Shown: positions 1 to 11,350, counted from the stretch's first letter. The stretch is 64,000 nucleotides of DNA from Candidatus Latescibacterota bacterium (GCA_965206595.1 OZ242214.1:1376001-1440000); one strand, 5' to 3'. A program made the numbers and translations. Notes: a model not told the origin generated them from the sequence alone.

Positions 1-81
1 AAGGGCGAATAGATTTCCTGCAGGCACGCTACCACTATTGAGGGATCGTATGGGACGGCCGCGAACGAAGAGGTCCGTGCG

Positions 82-606
82 ATGAAGATCGCCCTGATCG
101 GCTACCGCGCCTCGGGGAAATCGACGCTGGGCCGCGAGCTGTCGCGGCGGCTCGGGTGGCCGCTGCTCGACATCGACCGCGGCATCGAGGCACGCTTTCC
201 CGGAGAGACCCTGTCCGGGCTGTGGCTGCGGCTAGGGGACGGCCGCTTCCGCGAGATAGAGGCGGAGGTCGTCGAGGAGATGTGCGCCGGCGACGAGTGC
301 GTGATCTCGTTCGGCGCCGGCACGCTCGGCAAGCCGGAAAACCGCCGGCACGCCTGCGGCGACGCCCTCGTCGTCTACCTGGAGCTGAGCGCCGAGGGGT
401 TGTGGGAACGGATGCAGGCGGATCCCAGGAGCGCCTCGACGCGGCCGAACCTGGCCGGTGGGGGCTTTCAGGAGGTGGAGGAGCTTCTTGCCGAGCGCGA
501 CCCGGTCTACCGCGAGTGCGCCGGTCTGATAGTGGATGCGACGCTGCCGACGCAAAGGCTCGCCGAAATCGTCATGACGGCGTACCGCCAACGCAGAAGG
601 GAATAG
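82..606 (+). CDS. aroK: Shikimate kinase
   Basis: Walker A GYRASGKST, D-x-D (LDID), FREIE, GAG, and RPNL...R..Y motifs; 174 aa. Confidence 0.88.
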   Translation: MKIALIGYRASGKSTLGRELSRRLGWPLLDIDRGIEARFPGETLSGLWLRLGDGRFREIEAEVVEEMCAGDECVISFGAGTLGKPENRRHACGDALVVYLELSAEGLWERMQADPRSASTRPNLAGGGFQEVEELLAERDPVYRECAGLIVDATLPTQRLAEIVMTAYRQRRRE

Positions 607-626
607 CCCCTGGCAGACCTGATAAT

Positions 627-678
627 TGACTGACCGGTCAGTCAGTCGTTCGTTATGTTTTGACTGACCAGTCAGTCA
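627..678. promoter_or_regulatory. Two 18-bp palindromes, probable TetR-family operators
   Basis: TGACTGACCGGTCAGTCA (627-644, perfect) and TGACTGACCAGTCAGTCA (661-678, one mismatch) upstream of an operon that ends in a TetR gene. Confidence 0.75.
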
Positions 679-742
679 TTCGTGGGAGCAAACAGCAGAA
701 GGTATCGACAGGGAGCATCTCTGAGAATGTGCCAGGCCAGTC

Positions 743-1930
743 ATGAAGATTGAGGGCGCCGGCCGCGTGCCGGCTCTGTTCGGGCTGGGTTGCGTCTGCC
801 TGACGCTTGCCGCCTGCGGCGTCGAAGAAGCGAACCGGGGCGCACGCGGCGGCCAGAGGCAGGATGCCCGACCCGGAGGTGGGGGGCGCGGCCCAGGCGG
901 CGGGCGTCCCCCCGCAGCGGCTATCCCGGTAAAAGCGGAGCCTGTGGTCAGGCAAGACCTGCTCGCCTACCTGGAGACGTACTCCAGACTGGAGGCGGAG
1001 CGGCAGGTCACCGTCCTGGCGCGCACCACCGGCCTCGTCCAGCGGGTCCACGTAGAGGAAGGGGATCGGGTCAACGCCGGACAGGTCCTGGTGGAGCTCG
1101 ACCAGGAGGAGGCGAGCCTGCGGCTGCGGCAGGCCCGGGCGGAGCACGCTGAAGCGAAAGCGAACTTCGAACGCTACAAGGTTCTGCACACGGAAAACAT
1201 GGTGAGCCAGGCCGAGTTCGAGGGCACGCGACTGCGCTGCGAGAACAGCGAGATCGGCCTGGAAGAAGCCGAGATCGGTTTCGCCCACACGACCATCCGC
1301 GCCCCGATGGGGGGTGTCATCACCCAGCGGATGGTGGAACTCGGTGACCTCGTGCGCGGCAACCAGGAGATCTACGTGGTCGCCGACCTCGACGTTCTGC
1401 TCGTGCGCATCTTCATCCCTGAGCGGCGCATGTACCAGGTCCGTCCCGGGCAGGAGGCCACGCTAGGCGTGGAAGCTCTGCCCGAGCAGACCTTTGACGC
1501 GCGTATTCGCCGGATCAGTCCCGAAGTGACCGCCGCAAGCGGCACCGTCAAAGTGACCCTGGAGGTGCCGGCAAGCGGCCTGCTCAAACCCGGTATGTTC
1601 GCCACCGTCCGACTCATCACCGAGCGCCACCCGCAGACTCTCGTTATCCCGAAGAAGGCCCTCGTTCTGGAGACGGAAGAGGACGATGTCTTTGCCATCG
1701 TCGATGGCAAGGTGCGGCAGGTCCCGGTCGAGCTGGGTTTGATCGAGGGTGACCGCGTCGAAGCGCTGTCAGGTGTCGCCGAGGGCGACCTGCTGATCAC
1801 CGTCGGTCACGACGGCCTCAAGGAGGGTATCGAGGTGCGCGTCGTCGGGTTGGAGACGGCGATTGTGGCGGCTGCGGACAGCGCCAGCGGCGCAGACCAG
1901 CGGCGCGCCGGGCCCGGGCGGACCCCGTGA
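743..1930 (+). CDS. RND efflux periplasmic adaptor (membrane fusion protein), lipoprotein
   Basis: Lipobox LAAC; VEEGDRVNAGQVL, TIRAPMGGVI and LKPGMFA motifs. Confidence 0.92.
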   Translation: MKIEGAGRVPALFGLGCVCLTLAACGVEEANRGARGGQRQDARPGGGGRGPGGGRPPAAAIPVKAEPVVRQDLLAYLETYSRLEAERQVTVLARTTGLVQRVHVEEGDRVNAGQVLVELDQEEASLRLRQARAEHAEAKANFERYKVLHTENMVSQAEFEGTRLRCENSEIGLEEAEIGFAHTTIRAPMGGVITQRMVELGDLVRGNQEIYVVADLDVLLVRIFIPERRMYQVRPGQEATLGVEALPEQTFDARIRRISPEVTAASGTVKVTLEVPASGLLKPGMFATVRLITERHPQTLVIPKKALVLETEEDDVFAIVDGKVRQVPVELGLIEGDRVEALSGVAEGDLLITVGHDGLKEGIEVRVVGLETAIVAAADSASGADQRRAGPGRTP

Positions 1931-4900
1931 AACTCGTCGAGTTCTCCACCACCCGCCGGGTCACGGTCGCCATGCTCATGGTGGCTACCGTAGCCTTCGG
2001 CGCGGTCGGATTCTCGCGTCTGGCGGTCAACCTGCTGCCCGACATCACCTACCCGACGATCACCGTGCGCACCGAGTACCCGGGTGTAGCCCCGCAGGAG
2101 ATCGAGCGCCTGATCTCGGAGCCGGTAGAGGCGCTGGTGAGCGTCGTGAGCAACGTCGTCAAAGTCTCCTCCATATCGCGCGCCGGGGTGTCCGATGTCG
2201 TCGTAGAGTTCGGCTGGGGCACCAACATGGACTTCGCCTCTCTCGACGTGCGCGAGAAGCTCGACCTGGGCAACCTGCCGCGCGACGCCGGCAAGCCGAT
2301 CCTCATGCGCTTCGACCCCGGCCTCGACCCGATCATGCGCGTGGCCTTCTACGGCAACATCCACCTGATGGAACTGCGGCGAATCGCCGAGGAGTACCTG
2401 CGACCGGAGCTGGAGAGTCTCGAGGGTGTCGCCGCGGTGCGTATCGAAGGGGGCCTCGAGGAAGAGATACAGGTCGAAGTCAACACGTCGCGCCTGGACC
2501 ACCTGGGGATCTCCGTCAGTGACGTGACCAGCCGGCTCAGCGCGGAGAACGTCAACCTCACGGGCGGCGTGCTCAAGGATGGCGAAGCGGAGTTCCTGGT
2601 GCGTACGCTGAACGAGTTCGAGACCCTCGATGACATCGGCGAGATCATCGTCGGCCAGATCGGCCGCGCGCCCATCAAGCTCAGCGACGTGGGGCGGGTG
2701 TTCAGAGGGCACCGCGACCGCGACCTGGTCACGCGCATCAACGGTCGCGAGTGCGTGGAGGTCGCCGTCTTCAAGGAAGGGGACGCCAACACCGTCAAGG
2801 TCAGCAAGGCGCTCGAGGGCCGCCTGGACGCGTTTATCGAGGAGAACGACCGGCTGCTGCGTGACGGCGGCGGTATGGATGTCGTATTCGACCAGGCCAC
2901 CTTCATCCAGCAGGCGGTGGACGAAGTGCTGAAGACGGCCCTGATCGGCGGCGTTCTGGCGGTGCTGATCCTTTTTCTCTTCCTGCGCAACCTGAAGAGT
3001 ACGCTCATCATCGGCCTGTCGATCCCGCTGTCTGTGATCGCCACGTTCTTCCTCATGTTCGCTTCCGATATCAGCCTCAATATCATGTCCCTGGGCGGCC
3101 TGGCGCTCGGGGTCGGCATGCTGGTGGACAACTCGATTGTCGTCCTGGAGAGCGTGCAGCGCTACCGCGACCGGGGAATGGGGGCGCTGGCGTCGGCGCA
3201 GCGCGGCGCCGGAGAAGTCGGGCGCGCCGTCATAGCGGCGACGACAACCACGATATGCGTGTTCCTGCCGATTGTGTTTGTCGAGGGGATCGGCGGTCAA
3301 CTTTTCCGCGATCAGGCGCTGACCGTGACCTACTCGCTGCTGGCTTCTCTCGTCGTCGCCCTGATGCTCATTCCGATGCTGTCGTCGCTGAGTCTCACCG
3401 ACATGCTCGAATCGACGTCCGCGTCAGGCCCTTCCCGAAGCGTGACCGGCCCCGCGCTACTCGTGCGCGGCGCGCGCGCAGGGGCGGCGGCGGTCGGGAG
3501 GTTGGGCGCGCTCCCGCTGTGGCCTGCCCACTGGTGCTTCGACGCCGTGTTCGGAACGCTGCAGCGCGCTTATCCGCTGCTGTTGCGATGGTCGTTGCGG
3601 CACCGCCTGGCGGTGCTCGCCGCCGCCCTCGCGCTTACGCTGGGAATCGTGTATCAGGCCCGGGATCTCGGGGTAGAGCTGATCCCGGAGATGAGTCAGG
3701 GGGAATTTCTCCTCGACCTGGAGTGGACACCCGGTACACCCCTCGAGCAGACGGCCACACGAGTGGCCGCGATCGACGGACTGGTGCGGGACCTCCCAGG
3801 CGTCGCCTCGGTGTTCGCCCTCGTCGGCGCCGGCGGCCAGACTGGCGGCACTGCGGGAGAGCAGAAAGAGCACACCGCGCATCTGCACGTGCGGCTCGTG
3901 CCGGGAGTGGCGGAGGAGGCGGTGATCGAACAGGTGCGCGCCTTCCTCGTGGACGCCCCCGATCTCGAGCACCGGTTCTCGCGTCCTTCGTACTTCTCCT
4001 TTCGCACGCCGATAGAGGTCGAGGTGGCCGGCTACAGTTTGCCGACGCTGCGGCTGCTGGCCGCCGACATCGCCGCCCGCCTCGAGCGCATCGAAGGGCT
4101 GACCGACATCCGTTCGAGCGCCACCGGTGGACAGCCGGAGATCCGCATCTCCCTGCACCGGCAGCGCATCGCCGAGCTGGGCACCACCGCCCAGCGCATC
4201 GGCGACCTGCTGCGCAACAAACTGCAGGGTGAAGTGGCCACCGAGCTGGCCCGCCGCGACCGCAAGATCGACATCCGCGTCCGCGCCCTGGGCAAACAGC
4301 GCGAGACCCTCGACGACCTCCAACGCATGGTCGTCAGCCCGAACACCAGTCCCGTACCGGTGCCGCTGTCAGCGGTGGCCAGCGTCCAGGCGGTGGACGG
4401 CCCGGCCGAGATCCGGCGCATCGATCAGGAGCGGGTGGCGGTGGTGTCGGCCAACCTGCGGGGAAGGGACCTCGGCGGTGTGGTGGAGGAGATCGAGCGT
4501 GCCCTCGGGGACGTGCCCCTGCCGGAGGGTTTCGCCGTCACCATGGGCGGCCAGAACGAAGAGATGGTGCGCTCTTTCGACAGCATGAAATTCGCCCTCG
4601 CTCTCGCTGTATTCCTCGTGTACCTGGTCATGGCGTCCCAGTTCGAGTCCCTGCTGCACCCGCTGGTGATCATGTTCACCATCCCCTTCGGGCTGGCGGG
4701 CAGTGCCGCCGCCCTCGTGGTCACCGGCACGACGATCAGCGTGGTCGTGTTGATCGGACTCATCATGCTTGCCGGGATTGTCGTCAACAACGCCATCGTG
4801 CTGGTGGACTATATCAATCACCTGCGCCGCAACGAGGGGCTCGACAAGCTGGCGGCAGTGGTGCGCGCCGGGGAACTGCGCTTCCGGCCGATTCTGATGA

Positions 4901-5070
4901 CCACGTCGACCACGGTGCTGGGCCTGCTGCCCATGGCCGTCGGCCTGGGTGAAGGAGCCGAGGTGCGCGCTCCCATGGCGATCACCGTAATCGGCGGCCT
5001 CCTCATCTCTTCCGCACTGACGCTCGTGCTGATCCCGGTTGTGTACGCGAGCCTGGATCGAGGCAGATGA
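1927..5070 (+). CDS. RND efflux permease subunit 1 (AcrB/SwrC-like)
   Basis: 1047 aa; LLPDITYP, GMLVDNSIVVLE, RFRPILMT; GTG start overlaps the MFP stop. Confidence 0.93.
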   Translation: MKLVEFSTTRRVTVAMLMVATVAFGAVGFSRLAVNLLPDITYPTITVRTEYPGVAPQEIERLISEPVEALVSVVSNVVKVSSISRAGVSDVVVEFGWGTNMDFASLDVREKLDLGNLPRDAGKPILMRFDPGLDPIMRVAFYGNIHLMELRRIAEEYLRPELESLEGVAAVRIEGGLEEEIQVEVNTSRLDHLGISVSDVTSRLSAENVNLTGGVLKDGEAEFLVRTLNEFETLDDIGEIIVGQIGRAPIKLSDVGRVFRGHRDRDLVTRINGRECVEVAVFKEGDANTVKVSKALEGRLDAFIEENDRLLRDGGGMDVVFDQATFIQQAVDEVLKTALIGGVLAVLILFLFLRNLKSTLIIGLSIPLSVIATFFLMFASDISLNIMSLGGLALGVGMLVDNSIVVLESVQRYRDRGMGALASAQRGAGEVGRAVIAATTTTICVFLPIVFVEGIGGQLFRDQALTVTYSLLASLVVALMLIPMLSSLSLTDMLESTSASGPSRSVTGPALLVRGARAGAAAVGRLGALPLWPAHWCFDAVFGTLQRAYPLLLRWSLRHRLAVLAAALALTLGIVYQARDLGVELIPEMSQGEFLLDLEWTPGTPLEQTATRVAAIDGLVRDLPGVASVFALVGAGGQTGGTAGEQKEHTAHLHVRLVPGVAEEAVIEQVRAFLVDAPDLEHRFSRPSYFSFRTPIEVEVAGYSLPTLRLLAADIAARLERIEGLTDIRSSATGGQPEIRISLHRQRIAELGTTAQRIGDLLRNKLQGEVATELARRDRKIDIRVRALGKQRETLDDLQRMVVSPNTSPVPVPLSAVASVQAVDGPAEIRRIDQERVAVVSANLRGRDLGGVVEEIERALGDVPLPEGFAVTMGGQNEEMVRSFDSMKFALALAVFLVYLVMASQFESLLHPLVIMFTIPFGLAGSAAALVVTGTTISVVVLIGLIMLAGIVVNNAIVLVDYINHLRRNEGLDKLAAVVRAGELRFRPILMTTSTTVLGLLPMAVGLGEGAEVRAPMAITVIGGLLISSALTLVLIPVVYASLDRGR

Positions 5071-5089
5071 CGGTGACGAGGAGAACACG

Positions 5090-8000
5090 ATGCAGCTGAC
5101 CGAGTTCTCCCTGCGGCGGCCGGTGACGATGGTGATGATTACCGTCTCGGCTGTCGTCCTCGGGTTGGTGGCCCTTACCCGGCTGCCGGTCGAGCAGCTT
5201 CCGAGCGTCTCCTCCTCGGGCATCACGGCGATGGTGACCTACAACAGCTCGTCGCCGGAGGAGATCGAACGGAAAGTGACGATCCCGCTGGAAGCGGCGC
5301 TGGGGACGCTCAGCAACATCGAGCGCATGAGCGCGTCGTCGGGGCGCAACTCGGGATCGGTGCGCGTCGACTTCAAGGCGGGCACCGACATGGACCTGGC
5401 AACCATGCAGATGCGCGAGCGCGTCGACCAGGCGCGCGCCTTCATGCCGGCCGACGTGGACCGCGTCCGCCTGCGCCGCTGGCAGAGCGACCAGCGCCCG
5501 ATCGTCTACGCCAACCTGGCGTGGCGCGGCGACGGCGATCGCCTGCTGGACGTCATCACCAAGGTCATCGAGCCCCGCCTTCTGCGCCTCAACGGCGTCG
5601 CCAACGTCGTCATCGACGATTTCGAAGCAAAGCAGCTGTTCGTGGAGCTCGACCGTGAACGGCTGCAGTCCCACGGAATTTCCCTGGCCCGGCTGGGACG
5701 GCAGCTGCGCGAGAACAACGTCAACGTGTCCGTGGGCAGGGTCCTGGATGGCGGGCAGCGTTACCAGGTGCGTCTGGTGAGCGAGTTCCAGGAAGCGGAG
5801 GCGATCGCAGATCTGCCGCTGATGGGGGGCAGGTTCCGCTTGCGGGACATAGGCGAGGTCGACTACGGGTTCCCCGAGAAAACCCGCTACGAGCGCCTCG
5901 ACGGCGCCGAAGCGCTGCAGCTGGAGATCTTCAAGGCGTCGACAGCCAACGTCGTGGACGTCGGCAGGAGAGTGGCCGACGAGCTCCGGCGTCTCGAGGC
6001 GGAGTACGCGGGCAAACTCGACCTGGCCATCGTGCGCAATCGCGCCGACTCGGTGCTGCGGGAGGCGGGAACGCTGGTGGATACCGCCCTGCTGGGGGCG
6101 CTGCTGGCGATGTGCATCATCTATGTCTTCCTGCGCAACATCCGCTCCACTCTCGTTGTCGGCATGGCGATTCCGACGTCGGCCTTGTGTGTGTTCATCG
6201 GTATGTACGTGGCGCGCGAGGTCTTCGAGTCGACCATTACCCTGAACATGGTCTCGATGATGGGTCTCATGCTGGCGGTCGGCATGCTGGTCGATCCGGC
6301 GGTAGTGGTCCTGGAGAGCATCTTCCGCCACCGCCAGGAGGAGAAGCGGACGGCGGATGACGCAGCCCTCGTCGGCGGTCGCGAGGTGGGTATGGCGGTG
6401 CTCGCCGCGGCGCTGACCACAACGTGCGTGTTCGTGCCTTTCTTCTTCCTTTCCGACAGCCGTTCGGCGACCTGGATGCGAGACGCCGGCCTGGCCATCT
6501 GCCTGGCCGTCATCGTCTCGATGATCGTCTCCCTCACCTTGTTGCCGCTGGCGGCCTCGCGGTTGTTCCGGGATGGTATGGAGCGCTACGACCGCTACAT
6601 CAAGCTGGCCGTACTGGCGGCAATCGCGGGCGCGGTGTGGCTCAAGATGCGGGAAGCGGGATACGAAGCGCTTCTGACCTGGTGGACGCGCTGGCTCAGT
6701 CTCCTCGGCGCCTCGATCGCCGGCATGGAGGGGACCTCGGTTGCCGCGCTGGCGCTCGCCGCCGTGGCGCTGGGGTCCGCTGCGGTCTTCGTCGCGCGCC
6801 ACGGTCTGCGCTCTTCCTACGGCAGGCTGCTGGGCTGGACCCTCGACCATCGCTGGATCGTCCTCGCCGCCGCCCTGGTACTGACGGGGACCGGGTACTA
6901 CCTCTACGAGAACATCGAACACCGCGGCACGCCGTGGCAGCCCGAGCGGCGCGTCGACATCTCGGTGACCATCGACCGCAGTTACAGCCTCGAGGAGGTC
7001 GCGGCGCATTTCACCGAAATCGAGCGGCGTTTGCTGGCGAAAAAAGCCGACCTCGACATGGAGTCCCTGACGACGCGGTCGGCCAGCGCCGAGGCAGAAT
7101 CCGCGCCTATCTCGTCGACGCCGACGACGGGCGCCTGACGACGGCGGAGGCGGGCAAGGCGGTACAGGCGCTGCTGCCCGAGAAGGTGGGGTACACCTAC
7201 AAGATGGGCCGCACCCGCAGCTGGCTCGGCAACACCCTGGGTGTCGAGGTGCAGCTGCACGGACGCGACCCGGAAGTGCTCGCAGTGCTGATCGAGGAAC
7301 TTGCGGTCAAGCTGGGGCAGATGCCCGGGGTGCTGGATGTCGACACCAGCCTCGAAGATGGGACGGAGGAGGTTCACGTCAGAGTAAACCGGGCGCAGGC
7401 CCTCAACTACGGCCTCTCTCCCAGGGAAGTGGCCTCGGGCATTTCTGCCGCCCTGGGGACCAGACGCACGAGCGGGTTCAAGTCGGAGAATCGAGAGATC
7501 GATATCGTCATGCAGCTGAACGAGGGAGACCGCGCCACCCTCGACCAGTTGCGCAACAGCACCTTTGACGGGCGCGACAGCACCTCGATACAGCTCGCCG
7601 CCCTGGCGGACTTTGAGATTCGCAGGGGGCCGCGCGATCTGAGCCGGGCAGACCGGCAGCTCAACGTCACGGTGTTTGCCAACACCAAAGACCGCAACCA
7701 GGCCAGGGAGCTGACCGAGCCGATCCGGGAGATGATGGAGTCGATGGACCTGCCCCCGGGCTATTCGTGGGATCTGGGAAGGGCCTCCCGTTGGGAGCAG
7801 GAAGATGCCAGGGACAGCGACTTCACCGCCATCTTCGCCGTACTGCTCATCTACCTGATCATGGCTTCGCTGTTCGAGTCGCTGGCCCATCCCTTCACCA
7901 TCATGCTGGCGATCCCGTTCTCGCTGATCGGCGTCGCCCTGGGACTTTCAGCGCTCGGAGTTTCGTTCGACAACAACGGCGCTCTCGGCCTGCTGATCCT

Positions 8001-8406
8001 CTTCGGAATCGTCGTCAACAACGGCATTGTCCTCATCGCCCACGTCAATCACCTGCGCGCCGGAGGCCTGTCGCGACGGCAGGCGATCCTGCTCGGCGGA
8101 CAGCACCGGCTGCGGCCCATTCTGATGACCGCCAGCACGACGATCCTCAACCTGATGCCGATCGTGCTGCCGATGGCGTACGGGACCGCGGAGGGTTTTT
8201 CCAAGCGCTGGGGCCCCACCGGCCTCGTGGTCGTCAGCGGGCTGGCATCGTCGACGCTGCTGACCCTCGTGCTCGCACCGACGCTTTACAGTCTGCTGGA
8301 CGATCTCGCGACCTGGTTGAGGAAGGTTATGAAGGTGTCGTACCTGCCCGCAGGCGTGGCGGTGGGAGACAGCGCCGCGAAAGGGGCTCACCGTGCAACA
8401 GAGTGA
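5090..8406 (+). CDS. RND efflux permease subunit 2, frameshifted near 7079 (sequencing error or pseudogene)
   Basis: ATG 5090 (MQLTEFSLRRPVT) after GAGGAG; the RND sequence continues in another frame (GQRRGRIRAY...RLRPILMT) to 8406; one added base at cgg-tc-ggc would join the frames. Confidence 0.85.
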
Positions 8407-8992
8407 ACGCAGAGCCAGGGTGATAGAAACAGCGGCGCGGTTGTTCTCGGAGCGTCGTTTTGACGAAGTGTCGATGGAGGAGATCGCCGAGCGGGCCGAG
8501 GTCGGCAAAGGCACGCTGTACACCTACTTCGCCAGCAAGGAAGAGCTCTATTTCGCCACCGTCTTCGAAGGCATCGCCAAGCTCAATGAAACCCTCAGGC
8601 TGGGCGCCAGCGATCCCAGCGATCCGGAAAATCGACTGCGCCAGATGGTCCGGGGGATCGTGTCGTTTTTCAGCAGGAATCGCTTCTTCTTCCGGTTGAT
8701 GGCGGTGGAGGACAACCGCACCGAGGGCGGCAAAGGGGAAAGCCGCAAGCGCTGGCGCGAAGAGCGGCGCGCTCAGCTGGACGCCATTGAAACCGTACTG
8801 CGCAACGGTTGCGAGGCCGGGGCTTTTGAGATCGCGCATCCCGGAGTCGCAGCCACCGTCCTGCGCGACATGGTGCGCACGGTGCTGATCAGCACGCGGG
8901 ACCAGAATCTCGGCGTCGACGAGAGCGCCGACCTCGTATTGGACATCTTCCTGAGGGGGATCAGAGCACGTGGGCAATCGTCAGAGAACTGA
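8393..8992 (+). CDS. TetR/AcrR family transcriptional regulator
   Basis: HTH: SMEEIAERAEVGKGTLYTYFASKEEL. Confidence 0.93.
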   Translation: MQQSERRARVIETAARLFSERRFDEVSMEEIAERAEVGKGTLYTYFASKEELYFATVFEGIAKLNETLRLGASDPSDPENRLRQMVRGIVSFFSRNRFFFRLMAVEDNRTEGGKGESRKRWREERRAQLDAIETVLRNGCEAGAFEIAHPGVAATVLRDMVRTVLISTRDQNLGVDESADLVLDIFLRGIRARGQSSEN

Positions 8993-9109
8993 AACGGCGC
9001 GTTGCGGAAGTGGGCCTCGAACAGCTGCGCCCGACGGTCGTAGTTGGGAAGCTCGTCGAGCACCATCGGCAGGACGCCGGCGTTGGCAGCTTCTGGAGCA
9101 GGGGACAGG

Positions 9110-10024
9110 TCAGTTCCAGCGATAGGTTCGCGCCCCGCGGCTGCCGGCGCGGGCGAACTTCCAGGCGGTGACCCACTCCTCGCGGTCGCGCACCACGAGC
9201 TCCGGATTTTCGCTGCTGCGCACGTAGAGGCCGGGCAGATGCGGGCGGCCGTTCGGCATGCGGGCGTCGTTCCAGCGCAGGTCGAGACTCCAGCGGATGG
9301 TGTCGGCCCGGTTGGGCTGGCTGCTGTGGGGGGTGCGGCAGTGCTTCATCAGCAGGCCGCCGCGCGCCACCGGAACCTCTACCGGCTCGGTGTCGGGCAG
9401 CTCCTCCGGGTCGATCATCCAGTTGCCGCCCATTTCCGCCGGTGGTTTCACGTGCCTGCGCAGGGGTTCGTTGTGACAGCGCGGTATCACCCGCAGGGTG
9501 CCGTTGGCGGCGTCGGCGTCGACCAGGGGGATCCAGGTGGTGACGACGAGGGTGTTGTCCGCCTCGGGGAGGAGCACGCCGAGGTCCTGGTGCCAGCTGG
9601 TGTCGCGCGCCCACTCCATGCTCGAGAGTCCGCCCTCGTAGTCGCCGGTGGCCGGCAGCTTGGCGCGGATGTGCTGGCAGGGGTTGGCGAAGATCTCGGG
9701 GCCGACGACGGACTCGACGGCGTCGAGCAGGTTTTCGTTGCGGAAGAAGTCGAAGATCCCGCTGCCGAGGTTGCCGGGGATGTTGATGCCGTCGGTGGCG
9801 CTGGCGTCCGCCCGCCCGAGCGGAATCAGGCGCTTGTCGAAGGGCAGCTCGGCGTAGCCGCGGTCGACCTTGCCTGCGGCGAGCAGCCGCCTGGCGTTGT
9901 CGTCGACGATCTCTTCGAGGTCGGCCTGCACGGGGGCGAGGTCGGCGTCGCTGAGGACTCCGGGCACGTGCACGTAGCCTTCGCGGTGAAAGAATTCGAG
10001 TTGCTCCTGGGTCAGTCCGGACAT
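9110..10024 (-). CDS. Phytanoyl-CoA dioxygenase (PhyH) family protein
   Basis: LTQEQLEFFHREGY, WHQD, NGTL, H.S..N and R motifs. Confidence 0.9.
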   Translation of the reverse strand: MSGLTQEQLEFFHREGYVHVPGVLSDADLAPVQADLEEIVDDNARRLLAAGKVDRGYAELPFDKRLIPLGRADASATDGINIPGNLGSGIFDFFRNENLLDAVESVVGPEIFANPCQHIRAKLPATGDYEGGLSSMEWARDTSWHQDLGVLLPEADNTLVVTTWIPLVDADAANGTLRVIPRCHNEPLRRHVKPPAEMGGNWMIDPEELPDTEPVEVPVARGGLLMKHCRTPHSSQPNRADTIRWSLDLRWNDARMPNGRPHLPGLYVRSSENPELVVRDREEWVTAWKFARAGSRGARTYRWN

Positions 10025-10305
10025 GGTCGCTGCGCTCGTTCTGGTTTCAGGGGTGTGGGTCTGTGCAGCCGTGGAGATGGTTCCTTTTCAGGTCGGCAAT
10101 CGGCACCGGAAGGCCTGCGGCAGCACCTGGAGCGGGCGCGGGATGCGCCCTGGGGCAAGCTGCCGGGGAACGGAAATTAGAACCGGGCACCCCGGCGGGC
10201 AAATGATCCGGCGGCCGGTTTGTCAGCTCCGTACCTGCTGCCGGATATTTGGCAGTTCCCGGTCCGGGGCCGTCCACGAGCCCCGGCGGAACGAAACAGG
10301 AGACC

Positions 10306-11310
10306 ATGACGAAGCGGGCGCTGATAACGGGAATCACCGGGCAGGACGGGTCGTACCTGGCCGAGCTGCTGCTCTCCAAGGGCTATGAGGTCGTCGGCCT
10401 CAGCCGCCGTTCCACGAGCTACCATCACCAAAACATCGGCCACCTGTCGGGAAGGATCACTCTCGAGTACGGGGACCTGATGGACGGCCCCAGCATCGAA
10501 CGGATCGTCGCCGAGTACCAGCCGGACGAGGTCTACAACCTCGCCGCCCAGTCGGTGCCGGCCGACAGCTGGACGCAGCCGGTGGTGACCGCGGAGATCA
10601 CCGCGGTCGGCACCACGCGCATTCTCGAGGCGGTCAAGCGCTACTGTCCGTCGGCGCGCTTCTACCAGGCCAGCAGCCGCGAGATCTACGGCGGTTCCCC
10701 CGCCGAGGTCATCGACGAGTCGACGCCGCTGGCGGCGAACAACCCCTACGGGGTGGCCAAGCTCTACGCCCACCAGATGACGGAGACCTACCGCGAGTCG
10801 TACGGCATGTTCGCGTGCGGCGGCGTGCTGTTCAATCACGAAAGCCCCCGCCGCAGCCTGCACTTCGTCACCCGCAAGGTGACGATGGCCGTGGCCTGCC
10901 TGCAGACAGGGACCGGGGAGGTGCCGCTGAACGAGGCCGGACTGCCCCTGGTGAGCGGCGGCAAGCTGCGGATGGGCGACCTCGACTGCGTGCGCGACTG
11001 GGGGTACGCAAAGGAGTACGTCGAGGCGATGTGGCTGATGCTGCAACAGGACGAGCCCGACACCTACGTGATCGCCACCGACACCGTGCACACCATCCGC
11101 GATCTCTGCGAGGTTGCCTTCAGTCACGCCGGGATGAGCTGGGAGGAGCACGTCCTCTGCGACGAGCGCTTCATCAGGCCCACGGAGATAGGCGCCTCGC
11201 GCGGCGACTACTCCAAGGCGAAGGCGGAGCTCGGCTGGGAACCGGGGACGATGTTCGACGAGCTGATCCGACTGATGGTCGACGCCGACGTCGAGCGTCT
11301 CTCGAAGTAA
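10306..11310 (+). CDS. gmd: GDP-mannose 4,6-dehydratase
   Basis: ALITGITGQDGSYLAE, YNLAAQS, PYGVAK, LFNHESPRR, RDWG; start at ATG 10306 after AGGAGA. Confidence 0.92.
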   Translation: MTKRALITGITGQDGSYLAELLLSKGYEVVGLSRRSTSYHHQNIGHLSGRITLEYGDLMDGPSIERIVAEYQPDEVYNLAAQSVPADSWTQPVVTAEITAVGTTRILEAVKRYCPSARFYQASSREIYGGSPAEVIDESTPLAANNPYGVAKLYAHQMTETYRESYGMFACGGVLFNHESPRRSLHFVTRKVTMAVACLQTGTGEVPLNEAGLPLVSGGKLRMGDLDCVRDWGYAKEYVEAMWLMLQQDEPDTYVIATDTVHTIRDLCEVAFSHAGMSWEEHVLCDERFIRPTEIGASRGDYSKAKAELGWEPGTMFDELIRLMVDADVERLSK

Positions 11311-11350
11311 CCGATTCGATTCACCACCACACGAAAAGGCGGAAAATCAC

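Noticed and set aside
7070-7090. Programmed frameshift in RND subunit 2
   Set aside because: No slippery heptamer; a single-base deletion explains it more simply
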